Shown: piece after piece, positions 10,806 to 19,950 of the stretch | Numbering within the stretch: position 1 is the first letter of the stretch | Layout: each line of letters begins with the position of its first letter | Source of the DNA: an uncultured cyanobacterium | GTDB lineage: Bacteria; Cyanobacteriota; Cyanobacteriia; Phormidesmidales; Phormidesmidaceae | Assembly (NCBI GenBank): GCA_963793265.1 | Contig: CAWBZI010000002.1 | Coordinates: forward strand, 480,001-544,000 | DNA: 64,000 bases | Direction: 5' to 3' | Notes under the pieces: generated by a model | Database searches by the model: none | The model's input: the letters and a program-made list of their open reading frames with translations, nothing else | Told to the model about the DNA's origin: nothing | Program-made: the position numbers and the translations under genes

Positions 10806-11984
10806 ATGGAACCGAAAAGCTACCAGGAATACGTTGTCGGTGTGATGACGATGGACGTGGAGGGCAAAAACTCTGAGCGCTTTCTTGACTATGTGACTAA
10901 AGCTATCGGCAATTTTGAGCTTGCGCTTAAAGAATCGCTCTGTGTTCGTGTAGAGATGCTTTCTTTTGAAGGGCCACATCTAATGCCAACCGCCGGAGCC
11001 TATGCGCCGCTCGATTTCTTGCACATCGGCATGACCGAAAAGATAGAGCGGGGCGTGCACTTTTTGCTTATTATCACCGAAGTTGACTTATCAGCAGCTT
11101 CGTTCAGCTCTACGCTAGCACTACCTAGCCAGCTTACGAATGTTGGCATTATCTCAACAAAACGCCTCAACCCTACGTTTTGGGGCGGCTCGGAAGATAA
11201 GCCGCTGACTGTACGTCGTTTAGAAACGCTGCTGCTCCGTACGTTTAGCTGCCTGCTAAATCTCTCTTATTCTAAACATCCGCAAAACATCATGTATGAC
11301 TTTGTAGCGGTAGAAGATCTTGCCCAGATGGTTCACTTTACAGACCGTCAGCGCCAGCAGATGCAGCGCGCGCTGCCTCGGGAGGCTCACGAAAGAACGA
11401 GTCGGCGGAATCGATGGCGGTTTGTTCTGGCTACTTTGTTTAGAGACCAAAAGAGTATTGCGATCGCTGTTATCCGAGCCAATCCTTTTCGCCTGCTCAC
11501 CCGCCTGCCGACGATGATTACCGCAGCGCTCTCCACTATTATCTTTTTATTTTTTACCCCTGATATGTGGGACGTTGCCAGCACAGTTGAACTCTATCAG
11601 CTCATTGTATTTTCTATCATTGCGATCGCTGCTGCCACCGCTGCGCTATACCGGGCCTTTGCCTTTGGCGACATTCTTAGCCGCCGCCGAATGCTAGCAG
11701 AATCAACCGTTGTGACAAGTGCGGCCACGATTGTAAGCCTGCTGCTCACGATGTCTCTACTGTTTACCATTTTCATGAGCTTCCTCTACTTAGGCACCGT
11801 TACTATTTTTCCGCGCAAGCTCATGGAAACCTGGCCCACGGTAGATCCTGCGGTACGCACTATAGATCATATAAAGCTGAGCATATTTGTAGCGGCTTTG
11901 GGAGTACTAGCCGGTTCTCTCGGCGGGCGAGCCGATAGTAATGGGCTCATACGCGGCGTTCTTTTTGTTGATGAAGAGACGTAG
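10806..11984 (+). CDS. Hypothetical membrane protein with degenerate metzincin-like N-terminal domain
   Basis: 392 aa; soluble N-terminal half, then about 4 TM helices. LLRTFSCLLNLSYSKHPQNIM resembles HExxHxxGxxH plus Met-turn but lacks the Zn ligands. Confidence 0.6.
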   Translation: MEPKSYQEYVVGVMTMDVEGKNSERFLDYVTKAIGNFELALKESLCVRVEMLSFEGPHLMPTAGAYAPLDFLHIGMTEKIERGVHFLLIITEVDLSAASFSSTLALPSQLTNVGIISTKRLNPTFWGGSEDKPLTVRRLETLLLRTFSCLLNLSYSKHPQNIMYDFVAVEDLAQMVHFTDRQRQQMQRALPREAHERTSRRNRWRFVLATLFRDQKSIAIAVIRANPFRLLTRLPTMITAALSTIIFLFFTPDMWDVASTVELYQLIVFSIIAIAAATAALYRAFAFGDILSRRRMLAESTVVTSAATIVSLLLTMSLLFTIFMSFLYLGTVTIFPRKLMETWPTVDPAVRTIDHIKLSIFVAALGVLAGSLGGRADSNGLIRGVLFVDEET

Positions 11985-12322
11985 TATTTTTTAACGAAAC
12001 CGTCGGGAAATTCGCCGCTCAGTTTCCGATATTACAATAAGGGTTTGCAGCAAACGAGATTCGACATTTCCGAAAGGCTGCTCGCAAACTCTCAGCGGAA
12101 CTTCGGAAACTCACCGAGGTGTGTGCATTTGAATAACATACCGTTTGTAGTTGCGCTATTTGTAGTTGTGCTCACAATGGTGCATAGCAGTGCTATGCAC
12201 TTGCATTTATCGGCGGTGTTGACGTAGAGGTTTGACACTACTGTGCCCTAGTACGTGGTCATCGCCAAGCGCTCAGCCTACCCTAACCTTCAAGCCTGCC
12301 TCAGCGTTCCATCACATTCCAC

Positions 12323-12351
12323 TTGACGGCAGCAGAAAATCAGATTATCGT
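12323..12351 (+). promoter_or_regulatory. Putative sigma70 promoter
   Basis: TTGACG (12323-12328), 17-nt spacer, TATCGT (12346-12351), just upstream of a structured leader. Confidence 0.5.
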
Positions 12352-12359
12352 CAGTTCTA

Positions 12360-12587
12360 AGCTGTGATGCCTATCACAGTCGTTCTCACCAGAACTCGAT
12401 TTCACTCAGCACTATCGATAGGTGCGGCAAACACCTACCGATAGCTAACCCCCGGACTACCAGTCAGTCTCGGCGGCTAGAGTCACTTTACTCTAGCCAC
12501 CCCGATTTGCACTACATTTTCGCGGGGTGGCTTAGTTTAGTGGAGTTCTGGTTTCCTACCCAACCCAACATCTGGAAACCAGAAACA
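12360..12587 (+). ncRNA. Putative structured cis-regulatory leader RNA
   Basis: At least six complementary pairings read directly from sequence, two pairs of them mutually exclusive (see findings). Confidence 0.55.
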
Positions 12588-12833
12588 ATGCTCATTTCAT
12601 CTAGTCCAGACGCCTTCGCGTCCACCGTTCCCCCTGTCGGCAATTCCTCATTCCGCCCAGAAGACAGCCCTGAAGTCACTCACACCATACGCGGCACCCT
12701 TCGCGCCGTCCAAGCCACTATCCACACCCTATTCAGGCTCAACTACGCCGAGCCCAACGACTGGAGCAAACCCATCCCCACCGGACGAAATAACGAAGTC
12801 ATGGTCGTGTTGACCCGGCGCGTTAGAGGGTAG
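12588..12833 (+). CDS. Small cyanobacterial hypothetical protein (81 aa)
   Basis: ATG at 12588 after GGAAACC. HTIRGTLRAVQATIHTLFRLNYAEPNDWSKPIPTG...EVMVVLTR resembles a recurrent small cyanobacterial family. Confidence 0.7.
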   Translation: MLISSSPDAFASTVPPVGNSSFRPEDSPEVTHTIRGTLRAVQATIHTLFRLNYAEPNDWSKPIPTGRNNEVMVVLTRRVRG

Positions 12834-12921
12834 AAGCAAATAAAAAACCAAAACACCCCACAAACCCGCACAATGAAGAGTTCGTCCTCCGAACCCTTGG
12901 AAATTGTCCGGCTGTTTGTTT

Positions 12922-13779
12922 ATGCTACTCGTCAGAAAAAAGATTGATTACGTTTTAATTGTTGGAGTTTTGCTAATTTTCGCGGCTGATGTCGCCGTAT
13001 TTTGCAAGAGTTCTTCACTCCTCGGCCCGCTTGCATGGGCCATCTTCAGCCTCAACATCAAAGGCTGGATTTGCGCCTGGAACCACCACCATCAGCACTG
13101 TAGCTTTTTCCCCCGGCTAAGCTGGGCCAATCGCGCCATCGAGCTAATTATGGGGCTACATACCGGCATCGTCGGTGAAGCCTGGGTTTTGCACCATACG
13201 CTCGGCCATCACCTCAACTACTTAGATCAGGCCAAAGACGAATCTGCCTGGCAAAACAGCCATGGGCAGACGATGACAAGGCTGATATACACGCTAAAAG
13301 TAACGCTGCTCGCCTATCCCCTAGCGCTAAAAGTCGGCAAGCGCCATCCCAAAATCAGGCAGCGGCTATTGCAGAACATCATCATGACATCACTGGTGCT
13401 GAGCCTGCTGCTGTGGATAAACTGGGCAAACGCACTGATTATCTTTGTGTTGCCGATGCTGTTTCTGTTGTTCATGACGGTGTATGTCACCTACGACCAT
13501 CACGCCGGACTAGATAGTGAAAACCTCTACGAAGCAACCTACAACGTCACCGATCGCTGGTACAACTTCTTCACCTGCAATCTGGGCTACCACACCGCGC
13601 ACCATCTCCAATATGGCCGTCACTGGAGCGAGCTGCCCCAGCTACACGAAGAGATTAAAGACAAAATTCCGCCAGCGCTATATTTAGAGGCAGATTTTCC
13701 CTTTTCGCTGATGACCAAAGTAGAGAATGTGCTGGCGCAGCAGCGGCTAAGACTTCGCACCCGCCAAAGCCGTTCGTAG
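12922..13779 (+). CDS. Fatty acid desaturase family protein
   Basis: His boxes HHHQH, HHTLGHH and NLGYHTAHH; TM segments. Confidence 0.85.
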   Translation: MLLVRKKIDYVLIVGVLLIFAADVAVFCKSSSLLGPLAWAIFSLNIKGWICAWNHHHQHCSFFPRLSWANRAIELIMGLHTGIVGEAWVLHHTLGHHLNYLDQAKDESAWQNSHGQTMTRLIYTLKVTLLAYPLALKVGKRHPKIRQRLLQNIIMTSLVLSLLLWINWANALIIFVLPMLFLLFMTVYVTYDHHAGLDSENLYEATYNVTDRWYNFFTCNLGYHTAHHLQYGRHWSELPQLHEEIKDKIPPALYLEADFPFSLMTKVENVLAQQRLRLRTRQSRS

Positions 13780-13800
13780 ATTGCCATCGTGCTCATCTAG
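13747..13800 (-). pseudogene. Duplicated remnant of the murQ 3' end
   Basis: Encodes LDEHDGNLRTALAGAKS* versus MurQ C-terminus LAKHDGNLRLALASAGESK*; 13763-13793 matches 16247-16277 at 26/31 nt. Confidence 0.7.
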
Positions 13801-13819
13801 CGCGTTAATAGATGCACTT

Positions 13820-13858
13820 AATAAACCTATTTTGGGATAATCCGAAAATAGGTTTATT
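13820..13858. promoter_or_regulatory. Double operator (C-box-like) upstream of the controller gene
   Basis: 39-bp near-perfect palindrome aataaacctatttt-g-ggat-a-atcc-g-aaaataggtttatt. Confidence 0.7.
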
Positions 13859-13891
13859 TTATTTGAGCAAATACTGTGCTGAGAAAGCACG

Positions 13892-14155
13892 ATGAAGTCT
13901 ATTTTTAGTCTGGAACATAGTGCATTTCGTAAGTGCATGGTCATAGCCCGAAAGGAAGCTAATTTGACCCAGGCAGCGCTCGCTAGTGCGATTAAAAAGC
14001 CTCAGTCTTTCGTTGCGAAATATGAAAACGGCGAAAGAAGACTAGATGTGATCGAATTTATCGTTATTACTCACGCAATCGGCGTAGATCCTTGTGAAAT
14101 TGTACGAAAAGTCGAGCAGTCTCTTCGTACCACATCCGGCGAAGGAGAGATGTGA
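13892..14155 (+). CDS. XRE-family HTH regulator (putative RM controller protein)
   Basis: ARKEANLTQAALASAIKKPQSFVAKYENGERRLDVIEF; its stop overlaps the next start (GTGA). Confidence 0.85.
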   Translation: MKSIFSLEHSAFRKCMVIARKEANLTQAALASAIKKPQSFVAKYENGERRLDVIEFIVITHAIGVDPCEIVRKVEQSLRTTSGEGEM

Positions 14156-15069
14156 ACACACCAGAAGTCATCAGGCTAGCAACTCAATACTTAAACGATT
14201 TATCTGGTCATACGTTCGACGTATTGAGTATTTCTAAACCCATTTCCCCCAATGCCGCCGTTAACCTCGCCAAAGTAATTTCTAAGCTGTCACCCCTGCT
14301 AGGAAACTTGATTGAATTTAACACGGTTGAATTTCTAAATCAGCAAGAAATATTTACGCCTTTCGGGGAATGGAGAAGGCAGGATCCTGGATTTCCAGAT
14401 GCCGTGTTCATCGGCAACGTGCAACCTACACCAGGGTTAGAAATAAAAGCGTGGTTCCCATTGGCTACTGAAATAACAGCCCGCTTCAAAGATAGTCAGA
14501 ATCACTTTCAATTCGATCAAACATACGTTGTACTGCTAGCTTGGTTGCCTGAAGCCGTAATCTATAAAAGGCCCAAAATCCTGGATGTGTGCGTCGTGTC
14601 TGGTCACTCAATAGCAAAAGCAAGAGATGATCACTACCACAATCCCCCTGATTATCTGGTGCTTGAACCAGAGGACACAACCCAGAGAACGCAAAACTTA
14701 CAGCAAACAAATACCAGCGGACATAAGTTTCAAGGAACAAATAAGGAATTTTTAGAGGCTAATAGAATAGTTGAATCTTGGGGCAGCGACGGAAAAGCTT
14801 ATAAGCCCACACGAGAGTACCAAGAACGCTTACGAGAACTTATCACTCGCTTCAGGTACAGATTAGACACTAATTTCGCAAAGATGGACAGAATCAAGCA
14901 TCCAGAAATTGAAACCTTCAAAAGGCGCGTCTCTAGAACAGAGTTTTCTGGCTTAGAAGTTAGAGAATGGAGAAAACTTTTAGCAAGCCGACAGGATGAT
15001 TTAATCAAATCCGCACTGAGAGAACATCTCAAAATCAGAGAAGAGAGCGTTGATGAGCTACTTGATTAA
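14152..15069 (+). CDS. Putative type II restriction endonuclease (PD-(D/E)XK)
   Basis: GNLIEF...RQDPGFPDAVF...GLEIKAW; lies between the controller and the MTase. Confidence 0.65.
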   Translation: MNTPEVIRLATQYLNDLSGHTFDVLSISKPISPNAAVNLAKVISKLSPLLGNLIEFNTVEFLNQQEIFTPFGEWRRQDPGFPDAVFIGNVQPTPGLEIKAWFPLATEITARFKDSQNHFQFDQTYVVLLAWLPEAVIYKRPKILDVCVVSGHSIAKARDDHYHNPPDYLVLEPEDTTQRTQNLQQTNTSGHKFQGTNKEFLEANRIVESWGSDGKAYKPTREYQERLRELITRFRYRLDTNFAKMDRIKHPEIETFKRRVSRTEFSGLEVREWRKLLASRQDDLIKSALREHLKIREESVDELLD

Positions 15070-16123
15070 ACCTCTTAACGCCATAATAGAAGTAGGTTTC
15101 GTCGATTTCACAGGCATAAGCTTTGCGGTTGAGCATATTAGCCGCCAAAGAAGCACTAAAAAGCCCACCAAATGGCTCCCAAACAACGTCTTGGTCACTG
15201 CTCGACGCCTCAATGATCAGTTTCATCAAATCAAGCGGCTTTTGGTTTAGATGAACTGCCTTACCCTCAACAGATTTGATTCGTTCGTCGCTGCGTAAAG
15301 CGGATCGATCCCAGACGTTGGTAAAGCCATGCGGACAATCAAACTTAGAGCGCATCTTTCCCCACTCTTCACCCGTCAATGGCCGCTCACCATCTACAGA
15401 AAAGTAAGGTTTGCTATCTGGTTTGCCATGCTCGTTCGCATAGGCAACTAATCTCTCGAACATTTCAATGGGCGGAAAATACCACAGATGCCCTTGAGTA
15501 AAATACTTCCTCGTTGCGGCATCTGCTACACCACAAGCCAAATTAGCTCTACATAAAGGCAAACCTGATCTTAACCATTCCTTTCGCAGCCATTCCTTAA
15601 GCATCAGGCCATCAAGCTTGACTTCTCTGACATATTGAACGCAAACCTCGGTAACGACTGGGAAGCGCCTTATTTTCTTTGTATTGACATTGCCCGCAAT
15701 ATGGCCTTTTCCCTTATTCCATATATTGCAGTTGACATAGCGCCAACCAAATTTCTCAAGTATTGGATGAACTGTAGCCCACCCGATCTCCGAATTCCAA
15801 AACCAAAGCGTTGTAGCAGGCAGTGCAAATCTCGACCAAGATTCTATGTGAGGCTCGTACCACTCAGGCAGGTCAAAATGATCTGACGTATCACCTTCAA
15901 ACCCCAGAATGCCATATCCACCGTCTGAGACTATTACCGTAGGCCGTTCCCAAAATTTATAGTGCTCAATGCTATCGCCCAAACTCAAGCTAACGTTGCT
16001 GTTATCCCAAGCAGAAAAAGCAAGCTCTTTATTAAGACAGACAGATTTACCACGTCCAACTGTACTTGTTGCTTTATTCTTTTTTGCCTTCGATAGGCTA
16101 TGGGAAGGCTTAAGCAAACTCAT
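15035..16123 (-). CDS. Site-specific DNA methyltransferase (N4/N6, beta-class motif order)
   Basis: LGDS, catalytic-position VSDGGYG, HLNQKPLDLM, SAM-binding WEPFGGLFSA, ACEID; convergent with the REase and overlapping it by 35 bp. Confidence 0.85.
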   Translation of the reverse strand: MSLLKPSHSLSKAKKNKATSTVGRGKSVCLNKELAFSAWDNSNVSLSLGDSIEHYKFWERPTVIVSDGGYGILGFEGDTSDHFDLPEWYEPHIESWSRFALPATTLWFWNSEIGWATVHPILEKFGWRYVNCNIWNKGKGHIAGNVNTKKIRRFPVVTEVCVQYVREVKLDGLMLKEWLRKEWLRSGLPLCRANLACGVADAATRKYFTQGHLWYFPPIEMFERLVAYANEHGKPDSKPYFSVDGERPLTGEEWGKMRSKFDCPHGFTNVWDRSALRSDERIKSVEGKAVHLNQKPLDLMKLIIEASSSDQDVVWEPFGGLFSASLAANMLNRKAYACEIDETYFYYGVKRFNQVAHQRSLL

Positions 16124-16170
16124 GTACTCTTCCTTTTATTTTTCAAGCATATATGTAAGTGCCTGCATCT

Positions 16171-16187
16171 TATCCTATTTTGGGATA
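16171..16187. promoter_or_regulatory. Single operator upstream of the MTase
   Basis: tatcctattttgggata (TATCC-N7-GGATA); the 14-mer cctattttgggata is identical to 13826-13839. Confidence 0.65.
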
Positions 16188-16224
16188 TTTCATTTTTACG
16201 TAAGCTACATGGCGGCTATTGAGC

Positions 16225-17136
16225 TTATTTCGATTCACCAGCGCTTGCCAGAGCCAATCGCAGATTTCCATCGTGCTTAGCCAAAACGTCCTCAGCCGTA
16301 GCTTTGCTAAGACCGGCTAAGTGCATCACCAGCGCAACTTTTACCTGTAGGTCGCTTTTGTCTAGCAGTGAACCTGCGGCCTCACGATCTAGCTCGGTGA
16401 GATCGCAAAGGATGCGGATGGCGCGATCGCGTAACTTCGTATTCGTCACCGCCACATCCACCATCCGATTCCCATACACCTTCCCCAGCTTCACCATCAC
16501 CCCAGTAGACAAAATATTCAGCGCCAGCTTCGTCACCGTCCCCGCCTTCAGCCGCGTCGAACCCGCCAGCACCTCCGGCCCCACAATCAGCCGAATATCC
16601 ACATCCACATCCGCACCCACCTGATCGGCAGGCACACAGGCAATAAAAACCGTCCCGGCCCCACACTGCTTTGCCGCCTTCAGCGCCCCGTGCACATAGG
16701 GCGTCGTGCCGCCCGCCGTAATGCCAACGACCACATCGCGCCGGGTAATTTTATGATCAAAAATCGCCTCCGCACCGCTATCAGCCTCATCTTCTAAAGC
16801 CTCAGAGCTACGCAACAAAGCCGCCGCCCCACCTGCCAAAATGCCTTGCACCATCTCAGGCGGCGTACAAAAAGTAGGCGGGCACTCAGCCGCATCAAGC
16901 ACACCTAAGCGCCCGCTCGTGCCTGCCCCGATATAAAAGAGGCGTCCGCCTTCTCGCATAGAGGCGGCGGCTAGGTTAATAGCCTGGGCGAGATGGGTGC
17001 GGGCATGGGCGATCGCATCCACCGTCCGCTGATCTTCTTTATTAAACACATCCACCATTTCCAAGGTAGATAGCTCATCCAAATTTTGGCTATTAGGATT
17101 GTTTTGCTCCGTCAGCAGATGCCCGCGATTTTTCAT
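16225..17136 (-). CDS. murQ: N-acetylmuramic acid 6-phosphate etherase
   Basis: TEQNNP, GAGTSGRLGVLDAAECPPTF, GPEVLAGSTRLKAGT, NRMVDV. Confidence 0.97.
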   Translation of the reverse strand: MKNRGHLLTEQNNPNSQNLDELSTLEMVDVFNKEDQRTVDAIAHARTHLAQAINLAAASMREGGRLFYIGAGTSGRLGVLDAAECPPTFCTPPEMVQGILAGGAAALLRSSEALEDEADSGAEAIFDHKITRRDVVVGITAGGTTPYVHGALKAAKQCGAGTVFIACVPADQVGADVDVDIRLIVGPEVLAGSTRLKAGTVTKLALNILSTGVMVKLGKVYGNRMVDVAVTNTKLRDRAIRILCDLTELDREAAGSLLDKSDLQVKVALVMHLAGLSKATAEDVLAKHDGNLRLALASAGESK

Positions 17137-17142
17137 AAGTAA

Positions 17143-17520
17143 TTACAGTAGGTTTTCCAACTGGCGACGAATGCGATCCATCTCATCATCAGCCGCCGTA
17201 TCTTTAGCGTCTTTCTCACCGGGTTTCGCCTCGGGGCTCCACGTCGTTTCTTCTACCATGTTTTCAACCGGCGTCACGAGCTGCCCTTCAGGAATAAAAA
17301 CCGGCTCGTAGCCAGCATCCGCACAAATCTCCTCAATCTCTTCTCGATCAATCGACTCAATCGTGGGTGTCGGGCTATCTTGCGCCTCCAGCAAAATGCC
17401 AAAGCGAATCGCGTCATCCTCCGACTCGAACATAAGCACCTGCTGCTGATCGCCAATGCGAATCGAATGAATCCCCTCGTTATCGGTACCCACATTAAAC
17501 AAAACAACGTAGACAGACAT
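17143..17520 (-). CDS. DUF3110 family protein
   Basis: VYVVLFNVGTDNEGIHS, VLMFESEDDAIRF..LLEAQD, C-terminal IRRQLENLL; ATG at 17520 preferred. Confidence 0.85.
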   Translation of the reverse strand: MSVYVVLFNVGTDNEGIHSIRIGDQQQVLMFESEDDAIRFGILLEAQDSPTPTIESIDREEIEEICADAGYEPVFIPEGQLVTPVENMVEETTWSPEAKPGEKDAKDTAADDEMDRIRRQLENLL

Positions 17521-17672
17521 CAGCACTAACTTAAATATGAAGTCATGACATTTTAGAGGATATAAGCGCCGATTACTCACGCCCGTTGAACGCATGTTCC
17601 GCTTGGGCGAGCTTCTGTAATAATGGGAAGGTTTTCACGAACTGTATCTGGCACTTACCCACCAGCGCTCCT

Positions 17673-19820
17673 ATGGCTACGTTTTTATTAGAAGTCGGTA
17701 CCGAAGAACTCCCGGCAAGCTTTGTCAGTGCGGCGCTGGCCCAGTGGCGCGAAAAGCTGCCCGCAGCGCTAGAAGAGAACTTCTTAAAGAACGATGGCAT
17801 CAAACTTTACGGTACGCCGCGCCGCCTAGCCGTGTTGATTAGTGGCCTACCTGAGCGCCAGCCCGACCGTGAGGAAGAGGCTAAGGGGCCACCGGCTAAG
17901 GCGGCTTTTAAAGATGGTAAGCCGACGAAAGCAGCAACCGGGTTTGCCGCGTCTAGAGGCGTAAGCATCGAAGATTTGGAAGTTCGCGATACGGGCAAAG
18001 GCGAGTTTATTTTTGTGCAGCAAAAGATTCCAGGGCGGGCGACTGCTGAGCTATTGCAGGAAATGGTACCGGATTGGATTTTGGGGCTAGAAGGTGATCG
18101 CTTTATGCGCTGGGGCGATGGCGAGCTAAAGTTTCCCCGGCCTATTCGCTGGCTGGTCACGCTGCTAGATAGTGAGCTGCTGCCGGTGACGATTGAGAAT
18201 GGATCTGAGGTATGCCAGAGCGATCGCACCTCCGAAGGCCACCGCGTTTTACATCCCGAACCCATCAGTCTCACTCAAGCTGACGACTACGTATCAGCAC
18301 TCGAAAAAGCCTACGTCAGCGTCGATCCTGCTAAGCGTCGTGAAACCATTTTGCAGCAGGTCGCCAGGGTCGCTAAATCTGTGAAAGGTCACGCGGTTGT
18401 TGATGAAGATCTGCTGTCAGAAGTGATAGATCTGGTGGAATGGCCCACGGCTATTGTCGGCAAGTTTGACGACGAGTTTTTAGCGCTGCCTGCTCAGGTC
18501 ACGATTACTGAACTGGAAAGCCACCAGCGCTACTTTTCAGTGCGACCTTCAGCCGACTCAGATCAGCTACTGCCCTACTTTATTACCGTCTCTAACGGCG
18601 ATCCAGCTAAGTCTGAGCTGATTACGCAAGGCAATGAGCGCGTAATTAGAGCCCGACTTTCTGACGGTAAATTCTTTTATGAGGCCGACCGCAAGCAGCC
18701 CCTTTCAGACTACGTGCCGCAGCTTGAAACGGTGACTTTTGAAGCAGAACTGGGCTCAGTTTTAGATAAGGTAAACCGCGTTATTCAGGTAGCCGATCTC
18801 CTCAGTGACCAGCTCGGGCTTAGCGCTGAGCAAAAGCAGCAGGCGGCTCGGGCGGCGAAGCTGTGTAAGGCTGACTTGGTGACGAAGATGGTGAATGAGT
18901 TTCCTGAGCTTCAGGGCTACATTGGGCAAAAGTACGCGATCGCCTCTCAAGAGCCCACCGCCGTAGCCGACGCCATCTACGAACACTATCTCCCCAAAGG
19001 CGCGGGCGACACCCTCCCCCAAACCCGCATCGGTCAGGTCGTCGGCATCGCAGACCGACTCGACACCCTAGTCGGCATCTTCAGCATCGGCAAGCTCCCC
19101 AAAGGCTCCTCCGATCCCTTCGCCCTACGCCGCGCGGCCAACGCCATCGTCAGCATTGTTTGGGTTGCGGGGCTGGATTTGAACTTGCAGCAGGCTATTA
19201 CGCAAATCGTCGAAAGCTTCGCTGCTAGCCGCACAGGTGTAAAAGTGAGTGAGCTAACCGCCCAGCTTACAGACTTCTTTCAGCAGCGAGTTCGTACCCT
19301 TTTGCAAGACGGGCAAAGCATTGATTACGACCTGGTGAATGCCGTTTTTAGTGAAGACGAAGACTATCAGGCACGGGCGCTGATGGATTTGTTGGATGTA
19401 CGCGATCGCGCCACCTTCCTTCAAACCATCCGCAACGACGGACGCCTCGCCACCGTCTACGAAACCGTCAACCGCGCCTCCAAACTCGCCACCAAAGGCG
19501 ATCTCTCCACCGAACCACTCGATCCCAAAGGTCTTGTCGATCCCAACCTTTTCGAGCAGCCCTCCGAGCAAGCCTTTTACGACAGCCTGACTCAGCTTGT
19601 GCCCCAAACCCAATCAGCCCAGGCCGAAAGAGACTACAGCAAACTCATCGCCGGACTCGAACAAATCGTCCCCACCGTCACCGCCTTCTTTGACGGTGAC
19701 ACCAGCGTCATGGTCATGGCCGAAAATCCTGACATTCGCCAAAACCGCTTAAACCTGATTAGCCTGCTCCGCAACCATGCCCGCGTCCTCGCTGACTTCA
19801 GCGAAATCGTCAAAAGCTAG
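17673..19820 (+). CDS. glyS: Glycine--tRNA ligase beta subunit
   Basis: [23 protein letters not shown]...[29 protein letters not shown]. Confidence 0.97.
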   Translation: MATFLLEVGTEELPASFVSAALAQWREKLPAALEENFLKNDGIKLYGTPRRLAVLISGLPERQPDREEEAKGPPAKAAFKDGKPTKAATGFAASRGVSIEDLEVRDTGKGEFIFVQQKIPGRATAELLQEMVPDWILGLEGDRFMRWGDGELKFPRPIRWLVTLLDSELLPVTIENGSEVCQSDRTSEGHRVLHPEPISLTQADDYVSALEKAYVSVDPAKRRETILQQVARVAKSVKGHAVVDEDLLSEVIDLVEWPTAIVGKFDDEFLALPAQVTITELESHQRYFSVRPSADSDQLLPYFITVSNGDPAKSELITQGNERVIRARLSDGKFFYEADRKQPLSDYVPQLETVTFEAELGSVLDKVNRVIQVADLLSDQLGLSAEQKQQAARAAKLCKADLVTKMVNEFPELQGYIGQKYAIASQEPTAVADAIYEHYLPKGAGDTLPQTRIGQVVGIADRLDTLVGIFSIGKLPKGSSDPFALRRAANAIVSIVWVAGLDLNLQQAITQIVESFAASRTGVKVSELTAQLTDFFQQRVRTLLQDGQSIDYDLVNAVFSEDEDYQARALMDLLDVRDRATFLQTIRNDGRLATVYETVNRASKLATKGDLSTEPLDPKGLVDPNLFEQPSEQAFYDSLTQLVPQTQSAQAERDYSKLIAGLEQIVPTVTAFFDGDTSVMVMAENPDIRQNRLNLISLLRNHARVLADFSEIVKS

Positions 19821-19950
19821 CCCCGAATAACTGCTTACATACCTTACTTATGCAGATCTATAAATAGGCACAAAAACTAGGCACAAAGTCTTGTACAATC
19901 GCGGCTTAGTATACGTGCGAGTGTACTTCTCTCATCCGGTTAAAGCCTCT

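Noticed and set aside
12045..12227. 60-aa ORF (also 22436-22714, 45491-45787 and 56327-56509)
   Set aside because: No recognisable motif or ribosome-binding site; they lie in presumptive promoter or terminator regions.
13747..13944. 65-aa minus-strand ORF as a real gene
   Set aside because: It runs antisense through the controller gene and its operator; only the last ~17 codons are meaningful, as a murQ remnant.
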